Source: Spirochaetia bacterium
GTDB taxonomy: Bacteria; Spirochaetota; Spirochaetia; CADAEX01
NCBI GenBank assembly: GCA_963662795.1
Contig: OY759746.1
Location: 96,001 to 160,000, forward strand
DNA: 64,000 nucleotides
Reading direction: 5' to 3'
Below, one piece after another: positions 56,124-64,000 of this stretch. The notes below the pieces were generated by a model. It did not search any database and was not told the DNA's origin. It saw nothing but the letters and a program-made list of their open reading frames with translations. The position numbers and the translations under genes were made by a program. The stretch's first letter is position 1. Every line of letters begins with the position of its first letter.

Positions 56124-57326
56124 TTATTCAAGCCCATTTTTTCGATTTAAATTTGTTCCTGCCGAATCCATTTTTGAATATATATTGAATGATTGCCTGA
56201 CATATGAGTTCTTTTTTTCCGTTGCCTTATAATTTTTCTGAAAATCTTTCATAAAATCATCTATATCGTACTTTTTTCTTAAAGATCCTTTAACAGGTAT
56301 CTGGTCATGATATCTTTTTATTTCCTTGATACGATAAAAAAGCTCTTCATACGTAAAAAAGACATTTCTCATTTTATAAACAACAGGACTGACTTTAATT
56401 TTGTCGGCGATAAGGGCATCCATTTCCATATTTTCATCTGCAATTTCATTTTGTACCGAATTATCTGACTTTTGGAGAATTGAATCATTGTCATAGGGCA
56501 TGGACGGCTCGTCAGGCTCTATAATCAGGTCTTTGTATTTTCTGAATATTTTATCGAATCCCCTGAATTCCTTATAGTAAAGATTATATTTTTCAAGATA
56601 TTCTTCATATTTGATTATAACCGGTTTAGTCAATGAAAAAGATCCGGCCCTGAACATCCTGAGCTTTTCAGCGCTCCACTCTGTTTTATAGAGATCAAAC
56701 ATTTCCGGGCTGATATCAAGTATTTTTATATTCCTGCCCTGAATTATATCCACAACCATTCCTGAAGCAGCTTTTTCGGTTAACGTACTGCCGGATGCGC
56801 TGCCCGGAGCGATACCGCATTCAAGAGATCCTTCATTGCATGTAACAAGTATTGAACCGTCCGGTGCCGTCAGTACATCGAAATCAGCATCATTTACCTT
56901 GATAACTGCATTACCTGCTGCCCTTACTGTCATATTCCGCCCGGAGGATAATTTGCCTGTGTTAACAGTCATACCTCCGGTAAAAAGGATCAATTGCAAA
57001 AAGTCTTCATCCCGGTTTTTGGAGGATTTAAAATATACTGATGTGTTATTCTCAATTTTTACAGATATGCGGTCATATGTGCCATCAGAAATGAAAGCGT
57101 TTATATCAAATTCAGCGTACCCGTCAGTTCCTGTTTCAAGCAGGTCATAATCTTCAAGTTCAAATCCCGGATTGAGGTTTTTCGGCCCTGTTATTTCACC
57201 GTTTTTATGTATTTCAACAGTTCCATCAAGATATACCAATATACCTTTTGCATTTACTGCATGGAGTGCAGTAAAAGATGACAAGAAAAGTAAGCCGGAA
57301 AAAAGTATAAAACCAAGTCTATTCAT
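56124..57326 (-). CDS. Secreted FecR-domain-like protein with helical C-terminus
   Basis: Signal peptide; L.Y.DGTV, D.LETG.DGYAE, ..FDV, ..V.C.EG beta-sandwich pattern. Confidence 0.6.
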   Translation of the reverse strand: MNRLGFILFSGLLFLSSFTALHAVNAKGILVYLDGTVEIHKNGEITGPKNLNPGFELEDYDLLETGTDGYAEFDINAFISDGTYDRISVKIENNTSVYFKSSKNRDEDFLQLILFTGGMTVNTGKLSSGRNMTVRAAGNAVIKVNDADFDVLTAPDGSILVTCNEGSLECGIAPGSASGSTLTEKAASGMVVDIIQGRNIKILDISPEMFDLYKTEWSAEKLRMFRAGSFSLTKPVIIKYEEYLEKYNLYYKEFRGFDKIFRKYKDLIIEPDEPSMPYDNDSILQKSDNSVQNEIADENMEMDALIADKIKVSPVVYKMRNVFFTYEELFYRIKEIKRYHDQIPVKGSLRKKYDIDDFMKDFQKNYKATEKKNSYVRQSFNIYSKMDSAGTNLNRKNGLE

Positions 57327-57447
57327 TCCAAACCCTTTATGGAGCTCTTTTTCAGGGAATATCTTAGCACATCCTGCATAATTTGCACACTAATATAGTT
57401 AAATTATCAGGATTGAATTTTCCCGATTAACCCTTTCCCGCAGACAT

Positions 57448-57493
57448 AAAAAAGCTTCAGCCGGCATGTGAATGGTTCACTGTCCGGTGAAGC
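57448..57493 (-). terminator. Intrinsic terminator after the ydbC-like gene
   Basis: Minus strand GCTTCA-CCGG..GTGAA/TTCAC..CCGG-TGAAGC followed by T6. Confidence 0.6.
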
Positions 57494-57540
57494 CTTGTTT
57501 TTAAATCAAAGATTACAAAAAACTGCCGGTGAATTTCATG

Positions 57541-57762
57541 TTAAAACTCAAGTTCTTTTAAAACATCCTTTAATTTCAGTAATTCCTCTTTCTGGAGAGT
57601 AACCCCTTTTCCCATTTTAGCGTGCTCCGGAGCCCAGTCTCTGATGTCATACTTGGGATCCCTTCCATTCCAGCTTACAAGGTTAAGTTCTTTTGTCCAT
57701 CCGTTTTTGCTTTCAGATAAAACAGTTATATGCTTTATCAGTTCATAGCTGAAGTCACTCAT
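57541..57762 (-). CDS. YdbC/PC4-family ssDNA-binding protein
   Basis: LSES..GWTKELNLVSWNG..PKYDIRDW.PEH.KMGKGVTL. Confidence 0.9.
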   Translation of the reverse strand: MSDFSYELIKHITVLSESKNGWTKELNLVSWNGRDPKYDIRDWAPEHAKMGKGVTLQKEELLKLKDVLKELEF

Positions 57763-57773
57763 GGAGGGAACCG

Positions 57774-57935
57774 TCAATCCTTCCAGTTAACTGTAATTTT
57801 CTCATTTCCTATCTTTTTTTTGATAATTCCCGCAAGTGTAATAAGCTCTTCCTTGCAGCAGTCAACTGTCTTGCCGTTTTCAAGCCTTTTTTTGAGTTCA
57901 TCAGCAAAGTCCGAAATTGTAATTTCTTTTTTCAT
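57774..57935 (-). CDS. Small hypothetical protein (53 aa) with a vicinal CC motif
   Basis: ATG 57935 after GGAG; MKKEITISDFADELKKRLENGKTVDCCKEEL..; stop 11 nt before the ydbC-like start. Confidence 0.6.
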   Translation of the reverse strand: MKKEITISDFADELKKRLENGKTVDCCKEELITLAGIIKKKIGNEKITVNWKD

Positions 57936-58047
57936 TTTTTTAATCTCCAGTTTACTTCTTATTAACAATTTTAACACTAATAACCATGTTTATAAAGAAA
58001 ATATTTTATAAATAGTTCATGGGGAAATACATGATATAATATGTTTA

Positions 58048-59352
58048 ATGTTTAAATTAAATAAAAGCTGGTTGATATATATAATTTCCTCATTGTTTTT
58101 GCTTCTGGCTTTATCAAGTTTATTTCTTATCCCCTCATTTAAAATGATTGAAACAACTACCAGAAAAGCAGAAGAACTTTACAGCATGAGAGAAAACTGG
58201 TTAATTGTAAAAGCTGAATCGATATTATATCTAACCTCGCAGAAAAGTGAACAGGACAGGAAAAGATTTATTTATAGTGTAACTCAATTTGATAAAAAAA
58301 TTGAATATCTTCTTGATGAACAGGTTTTTACCATAATTGAAAAGTATTCCATTGCTGTTAATGAAAATCAGGCTGTTTTTCTTAAAAACTGGCAGGAAAT
58401 CCAGATGAAGCTGGTCCAGGTTGTTAACGGAACAGTCAGTATAGAGGAACTTGCTGATAATGTTTTCTGGATTACAAGCAGTACCATGGATTTTAACATT
58501 GTCATAGATTCTCTTATTAAAGCTTCAAACATATTCAATAAAAACATATTCAAACAATTTCTATTTTATCTTTATATACTAAGCTTTTCATTAATTATAA
58601 TTTTTTTCCTTTTTATTTTAAAAAATGCGGAACTCGTTCATGCAAAAAAGGTAGAAACAAGAATCAGGAATCTTTCACAGTCACTTGACAGCATCAGGGA
58701 CGATGAAAGAAAAAGAATAGCCATTGATCTGCATGATTCATTGATTCATCAGCTTGCATCCATAAAAAACCTTTGTCGGCTTGACAGTGGCAGCACGATT
58801 ATTTCAGATATCTTAAGAAAAGTGACTGATGAAATTGATTTGGCCATCAGGGTTACAAGGGAAATATCTTTCAACCTGAGGCCGGTTGAGCTGAAAAAGG
58901 ATTTTTTTTCAGCTATAAAATTTTTTCTTGCTGATTTTTCAGAAAAAAACAATTTAAAAGTAAATTTTATATATTACGGCTTTAATAACATCAAATTAAA
59001 AGAAGAAATTGAAATCTCCATTTTTCGCATGATACAGGAAATACTTAATAATACTGTCAAGCATGCATGTGCTTCTGATATATTTATAAAACTTATTTAT
59101 TCATTTCCTTATATAATATTGAATACTGAAGATAATGGAATCGGAATTAAAAATCCTGACCTGATCAAAGACAATATTGAAAAAAACCACATGGGTATTA
59201 AAGGAATAATGGACCGGGTTGAATTGCTGAACGGGATAATAAATATTAAAAGCAGGAATAATAATGGATTAAAATTTTACATAAAAATCCCATACTCTGT
59301 AAAAATTAACAAACAAGGAATAACTGATGATAAAGAGCGTTCTGATAGTTGA
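58048..59352 (+). CDS. Membrane sensor histidine kinase (HisKA_3, NarX/DegS type)
   Basis: Two TMs; ERKRIA.DLHD, NLRP, QE.LNN.VKHA, DNG.G, GI.GI..RV. Confidence 0.9.
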   Translation: MFKLNKSWLIYIISSLFLLLALSSLFLIPSFKMIETTTRKAEELYSMRENWLIVKAESILYLTSQKSEQDRKRFIYSVTQFDKKIEYLLDEQVFTIIEKYSIAVNENQAVFLKNWQEIQMKLVQVVNGTVSIEELADNVFWITSSTMDFNIVIDSLIKASNIFNKNIFKQFLFYLYILSFSLIIIFFLFILKNAELVHAKKVETRIRNLSQSLDSIRDDERKRIAIDLHDSLIHQLASIKNLCRLDSGSTIISDILRKVTDEIDLAIRVTREISFNLRPVELKKDFFSAIKFFLADFSEKNNLKVNFIYYGFNNIKLKEEIEISIFRMIQEILNNTVKHACASDIFIKLIYSFPYIILNTEDNGIGIKNPDLIKDNIEKNHMGIKGIMDRVELLNGIINIKSRNNNGLKFYIKIPYSVKINKQGITDDKERSDS

Positions 59353-59980
59353 TGATCATCCGTCAATAAGGGAAGGATTGCGGGCAATGCTTATCAAAAA
59401 CTGTATTGCAGAAACAATAATTGAAGCAGGCAGTTTTGATGAAGCTTATGAGTCTGCTGTCAAAAATATACCAGAATTAATTTTAATGGATATATCACTT
59501 CACGGATTATCAGGGATTGAACTAACAAAAAAAATCATAAAAAAAATACCTGAAATGAGTATTATAATTGTTAGCATGTATTCTAAAACACAATTCATAA
59601 TTGAATCGCTAAATGCCGGTGCCAAAGGTTATATTCTAAAAGAAGCACTGCCTGAAAAACTGATTTCAGGTATAAAAAAAATTATTGCCGGAGATATTTA
59701 TGTTGACAGTCATATCAGCGGCAAAGTAATTAATTCACTGATAAATAAAAATCCCGGAATAGTAGTTAACAATGAAAATTATGAATCATTAAGTTTCCGC
59801 GAACAGGAAGTTCTCAGGATGATTGCAGACGGCATTGATGTAAATGAAATTGCTGATCAACTCTGTATAAGTGTAAAGACTGTAATTAATCACCGGACAA
59901 ACATAATGACAAAACTTAACTGCAGAAATGTTATAGAGCTTGTTAAATACGCAATTCATATTGGCCTTGTTGATATCTGA
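59327..59980 (+). CDS. NarL/LuxR-family response regulator
   Basis: VDDH, MDISL, GAKGYILK, LS.RE.EVL..IA.G...EIA..L.IS.KTV..HR. Confidence 0.94.
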   Translation: MIKSVLIVDDHPSIREGLRAMLIKNCIAETIIEAGSFDEAYESAVKNIPELILMDISLHGLSGIELTKKIIKKIPEMSIIIVSMYSKTQFIIESLNAGAKGYILKEALPEKLISGIKKIIAGDIYVDSHISGKVINSLINKNPGIVVNNENYESLSFREQEVLRMIADGIDVNEIADQLCISVKTVINHRTNIMTKLNCRNVIELVKYAIHIGLVDI

Positions 59981-60087
59981 AACAGGACTAATAGCTGTTT
60001 TATCCAGGAATTTGAGAAATCCTCCCATATACAACTCAAAATAGCTGAAATACAATTTTTTCATTATCTAATTCAAGGGAGGATTAT

Positions 60088-61071
60088 ATGATCAAAAGAT
60101 TTTTACTGTTACTGATGCTTACTGCATTAACAATTTCTCTGGTATTTTCAGGAGGAAAAGGCGAATCATCGGCAGATTCACCTGCGAAACCAGCTGCGAA
60201 ACCCCAGTTTATACAAATTAAGTCTTCATCAATCGGGGGCACATGGTATGCAGGCGGAGCTGCATGGGCAAAACTGATAACAGATAACACAAATTACATA
60301 GCAACCAACAGCTCTTCTCCGGGTCTTGATAATGAAACAATCAGAAGAATTACTGAAGGTAAAGCCGTATTGGGTTTTGTTGGCGGTGCAGGAGCTTATA
60401 TTGCATCCCAGGGCGGCGGATCATGGGAAAAACCACAGGATATAAACGGTCTTTTTACAATCTGGTCAAATGCAGTTTGCGTTGTTGTTCATGACGAATC
60501 AAAATTCAAAACAGTTGCTGATCTAAAAGGTGCCAGTATAGGAACATATGTTGAAGGAGATGTTAACGGAGATCAGGTATTGGAAATGCTGAAATTCCAC
60601 GGGGTTGATGAAAGCAACTCAAAATTTTACAGGATAATGAAAGCAGATGCTACGAGAATGTTTGTCGACAAGACAGTCGATGCCCTGATATATCAGTATT
60701 CACCTGGACATGCAGATTTAAGACAGATTGTAGCCTCAAGAAAAATCAGGTTTCTGCCTCCTGTCAAGGAAAAATTCGACATGTTTGTAAAGGAAAATCC
60801 GTTCTATTATCTTGGAGAATTCGGGGTTGAATTCGGGGTAAAACCTGAACTGCAGCCGATTATTTCCGCTTTTACAACATGTAGTGCAAATGCAGATCCT
60901 GAGATGATTTATCAGTTTGTAAAGGTATGGTTTGAGAACCTGGATTGGCTTACAACAGTACTTCCTTCAAGTATTCCAAATGTCAATACCAAAGATCCTG
61001 TCGCAGGGATTCCTGTAAAAATTCACCCTGGAGCCATGAAATACTACAAGGAAGCAGGAATCTATAAATAA
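60088..61071 (+). CDS. TAXI-family TRAP solute-binding protein
   Basis: GGTWY..G, ..DLKG, P.KIHPGA.KYYKE; RBS GGAGG. Confidence 0.9.
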   Translation: MIKRFLLLLMLTALTISLVFSGGKGESSADSPAKPAAKPQFIQIKSSSIGGTWYAGGAAWAKLITDNTNYIATNSSSPGLDNETIRRITEGKAVLGFVGGAGAYIASQGGGSWEKPQDINGLFTIWSNAVCVVVHDESKFKTVADLKGASIGTYVEGDVNGDQVLEMLKFHGVDESNSKFYRIMKADATRMFVDKTVDALIYQYSPGHADLRQIVASRKIRFLPPVKEKFDMFVKENPFYYLGEFGVEFGVKPELQPIISAFTTCSANADPEMIYQFVKVWFENLDWLTTVLPSSIPNVNTKDPVAGIPVKIHPGAMKYYKEAGIYK

Positions 61072-61096
61072 ATCGCAATCTTAAGGAATAACTTTT

Positions 61097-63043
61097 ATGG
61101 AAACGACTGTAAATGAAAAAGCTATTAGAAAAATTACCGATATTTACCAGGAAGAGGATATAGGCGGTATCAAGTTTAATTTTCCGGCTGTACAGAAAGC
61201 TGCAATCATAATCGGTATAATAGTTACCGGACTTTCGATTTATGAAGTATTTTTTGGTAATTTTGAACCAGCGCTGCAGAGACCGCTGCATATACTTCTA
61301 ATGTGCAGTTTAACTTTTATAACAATGTCATCCAATTTATTTCATAATAAAAAGATTGAAAGCTGGTTTAACATTCTGTTGATTGCATTAACTGTTTCCA
61401 GCTGTATCTGGGCTTCTTTAAACTGGAAAAAACTGTATTTTAATCCTAATCTGGATATTGCAGGTATTTTTTTCGGGGCTGTCTGTATACTGCTTGTACT
61501 TGAGGCAACACGAAGAGCTGTTGGACTTCCTATGACTGTTATAGGACTTTTCTTTGTTTTATACGCACTTCTGGGACCTTATCTGCCTGTTTTTTTTGCA
61601 CATGGGGGATTTTCCATAAAGGATATAATCGTACATTTAGTAGTCGGAACAGAAGGAATGATGGGGCTTCTGCTTAGCATCAGTGTTAACCAGATAATCT
61701 TTTTCATGCTTTTTGCCGCTTTTCTGATTATCTCAAATTCAACTAATCTTTTTATGGAATTCTCCAAAGCAATTGCAGGGCAGTATCACGGCGGACCGGC
61801 CAAGGTAGCAGTTGTCTCAAGCGGTCTTATGGGCATGGTTTCAGGCAGCGCCAGCGGGAATGTGGCAACAACCGGGTCAATAACAATACCGCTGATGATT
61901 TCTATGGGGTTTAAAAACCACGTAGCCGGAGCTATCGAAGCAGTTGCTTCAACCGCAGGGCAATTCATGCCGCCGATTATGGGTGCAGCAGCATTTATTA
62001 TAGCGGAGTACACAGGTAACACGTATGGGAAAATATGTCTTGCAGCATTAATTCCTTCATTGATCTATTTTTTGTCAATGTTTCTTGTTGTAGATCTGCA
62101 GGCGCGTAAAAGAGGACTAAAAGGTCTGCCAAAGGACCAGCTTCCCGGGAAAATGTCTTCATTTAAAAAGATAATTCCGCTGATAATTCCTCTGGTTATT
62201 CTTGTGTTTTATCTTGCCCTGCAGTACAGCGTTCAATTCTCAATTCTTTTGTCCCTGGCCGCACTTATATTAATTGCCATTCCAAGTAAAGTTATAAAAA
62301 TCGGCATCAGGGAAATACTTATGGCATTCTCGCTGGCCGGCAAACTTTTAATACCTATAGCTACTTCCTGCGCAACAGCAGGGATAATTGTCGGTATAAT
62401 GTCGTTAACCGGACTTGGCGAAAAACTTTCATACGGTATCCTGACTGTTGCAAATGGGAATCTATTTATCGGACTTCTATTTACCGCCATGATGTCTATT
62501 ATAATAGGGATGGGACTTCCAACACTGGGTGCATATGTAGTTCTTGCAGCACTTGGAGCTCCTGCCCTTGTACAGCTGGGGTCTTCCCTGCTTGGGGCAC
62601 ATCTGTTTATTTTCTATTTCGCAATTTTGTCTGCCATTACACCGCCGGTTTCTCTTGCAGCTTTCGTCGCAGCCGGGATTGCAAAGGCAAATCCGATGAA
62701 AGTCGGATACACCAGTGTAATACTGGCGCCCTTTATTTATATTATACCGTTCATGTTTGTTTATAATCCCGGCATTCTAATGGAAGGTGACGGGATAACT
62801 ATACTGACCGGCATAACAAAAATATTTTTGATAATTTTCCCGATAGCGTTGCTGTCGAGACTTTTCTGGCTGATCAGATTAAACATCATAGAGATTTTAC
62901 TTGCCGTCGGATCAATAATTTCAATATTGTTTTTCAAAAATACCGGCATATTTGTTTCAATGATTCTGCAATCAGCACTTATAGTCATGCATTTATTGCG
63001 GACTAAAAAAAAGGGGGTAATTAATGAACCGAAGATCAGTTAA
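61097..63043 (+). CDS. TAXI-TRAP fused permease (DctM/Q)
   Basis: LEATRR.VG, GGPAKVAV.SS, EAVASTAGQ.MPP.MG, GMGLPT, HLF.FYF, TPPV. Confidence 0.93.
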   Translation: METTVNEKAIRKITDIYQEEDIGGIKFNFPAVQKAAIIIGIIVTGLSIYEVFFGNFEPALQRPLHILLMCSLTFITMSSNLFHNKKIESWFNILLIALTVSSCIWASLNWKKLYFNPNLDIAGIFFGAVCILLVLEATRRAVGLPMTVIGLFFVLYALLGPYLPVFFAHGGFSIKDIIVHLVVGTEGMMGLLLSISVNQIIFFMLFAAFLIISNSTNLFMEFSKAIAGQYHGGPAKVAVVSSGLMGMVSGSASGNVATTGSITIPLMISMGFKNHVAGAIEAVASTAGQFMPPIMGAAAFIIAEYTGNTYGKICLAALIPSLIYFLSMFLVVDLQARKRGLKGLPKDQLPGKMSSFKKIIPLIIPLVILVFYLALQYSVQFSILLSLAALILIAIPSKVIKIGIREILMAFSLAGKLLIPIATSCATAGIIVGIMSLTGLGEKLSYGILTVANGNLFIGLLFTAMMSIIIGMGLPTLGAYVVLAALGAPALVQLGSSLLGAHLFIFYFAILSAITPPVSLAAFVAAGIAKANPMKVGYTSVILAPFIYIIPFMFVYNPGILMEGDGITILTGITKIFLIIFPIALLSRLFWLIRLNIIEILLAVGSIISILFFKNTGIFVSMILQSALIVMHLLRTKKKGVINEPKIS

Positions 63044-63404
63044 AATGTTTATCATGTGTACAGTGATAATATCTTTTTTTGCAGCCGTACCGGCTTTCTC
63101 ACAGGAACTAAAGCACAATATTACAGACAAGGCAGAGCTGAAAAGTATTTCAATGCAGATTAAAAACATCAGATCTGAATCGAAAGTTAAAATGGTTGTA
63201 TTTGATCTGGTAATAAAAAATATTTCTGATAAACCTTTGCGCTATAATGCAATGATCTATATTCCCGGTCAGGGATCAGGCGCAGATGCAATACCGGAAA
63301 AAGCTGACCAGACTATTCCTCCCGGCGAAGAGATGAAGGGATCTGTTGCAGTTCTTACTGATAACTTTCCTACAGGCTTCTCACTTGAAATAATTGAAGA
63401 ATAA
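63024..63404 (+). CDS. Small secreted hypothetical protein (Ig-like beta sandwich)
   Basis: Signal peptide (..PAFS|Q); .KN.SDK and IPPGE motifs; overlaps the permease end. Confidence 0.6.
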   Translation: MNRRSVKMFIMCTVIISFFAAVPAFSQELKHNITDKAELKSISMQIKNIRSESKVKMVVFDLVIKNISDKPLRYNAMIYIPGQGSGADAIPEKADQTIPPGEEMKGSVAVLTDNFPTGFSLEIIEE

Positions 63405-63422
63405 TTGGTTTACACAAGTTTT

Positions 63423-63447
63423 CTGCAGGTACAGGCTGTACCTGCAG
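63423..63447. repeat. Perfect 11-bp hairpin upstream of the deacylase
   Basis: CTGCAGGTACA-GGC-TGTACCTGCAG, no U-tract. Confidence 0.6.
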
Positions 63448-63464
63448 TATTATCGGGAGACAAC

Positions 63465-64000
63465 ATGGATTCACAACTGGAAAGAATAATACTTTATATT
63501 GAAAATAATAAAACTGAATTTATAAATAAACTTCAGAATCTTGTCAGATGTCCAAGCCTGACAGGAGAGGAAAAAGTCGGACAGGTATTTATCAGGAATT
63601 GGATGGAAGAATTGGACCTTAAAATTGATGAATGGGAACCTGATGTAAAGGAGCTTTTTGACAAATTCGGCGGCATGGCTCAATACCCGTCCAGCTGGAA
63701 ACCAGAACTCGACCTGCCGCTTCAGTTTGAAGACTCAGCAACATGGAAGCAGCTGAGTGAATCGGAATATAAAGATAAACTTAATTATAAAAACAGACCT
63801 AATCTGGCCGGAATACTATCAGGAAGCGGAGGCGGCAGGTCTGTAATTCTTAATGGCCATATTGATGTTGTAACAGTTGAACCGGTCAGTCTATGGGAGC
63901 ATGATCCTTTCGGAGGAGAAATAGACGGTGATAAAATGTTCGGCCGGGGAACCAGCGATATGAAGGGCGGTGTTGCAGCAATGCTGGCAGCAGTTCAGGC
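63465..64000 (+). CDS. ArgE/DapE (M20) family deacylase, N-terminal part (runs off the window; absent from the ORF track)
   Basis: ATG after GGGAG; my translation gives LVRCPS.TGEE, RPNL, LNGHIDVV, W.HDPF, GRGTSDMKGG. Confidence 0.9.
   Translation, partial: MDSQLERIILYIENNKTEFINKLQNLVRCPSLTGEEKVGQVFIRNWMEELDLKIDEWEPDVKELFDKFGGMAQYPSSWKPELDLPLQFEDSATWKQLSESEYKDKLNYKNRPNLAGILSGSGGGRSVILNGHIDVVTVEPVSLWEHDPFGGEIDGDKMFGRGTSDMKGGVAAMLAAVQ

Noticed and set aside
842-63683. The many 60-190 aa ORFs lying antisense to or inside longer genes (e.g. 32743-33324, 27685-28203, 36424-36933, 63471-63683)
   Set aside because: They are shadow frames of well-supported genes and have no RBS or motifs.
1-64000. 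CRISPR arrays, tRNA/rRNA genes, IS elements, integrases, prophage genes
   Set aside because: No regularly spaced repeats, cloverleaf or rRNA-like sequence, or transposase/integrase motifs were seen; intergenic gaps are short. A covariance-model search was not possible.

Overview
64 kb of chromosomal DNA from an anaerobic, moderately AT-rich bacterium, most likely a spirochaete. That assignment is an inference from the SAS-TPR alarmone synthetase, the RRM protein, the DUF3798-type ABC system and the spirochaete-style signal peptides. The window is gene-dense (about 54 CDS). I found no rRNA, tRNA, CRISPR array, transposase or integrase. The most notable element is a 13.3-kb, nine-gene minus-strand chemosensory operon (6931-20186). 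It encodes three MCPs that share an atypical signalling tip, and one of them is a soluble [FeFe]-hydrogenase-like (group C type) chemoreceptor. It also encodes CheW, a divergent CheW-like protein, CheB, CheR-TPR and a hybrid CheA-REC. There is no free CheY; the only output is a REC-GAF-class III adenylate cyclase, which suggests an H2/redox-to-cAMP signalling pathway. Other points of interest: a secreted CYTH-like protein, a 1527-aa fused activase/dehydratase with PlsA (plasmalogen/ether-lipid synthase)-type architecture, a FadR-MBL-TRAP operon with a probable CTG start and an autoregulatory operator, a PTS-type dihydroxyacetone kinase operon, a decaying NMT1-binding-protein/histidine-kinase pair, and an AT-rich TCS-TAXI-ArgE block at the right edge. 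All family calls come from motif recognition by eye, not from database searches.
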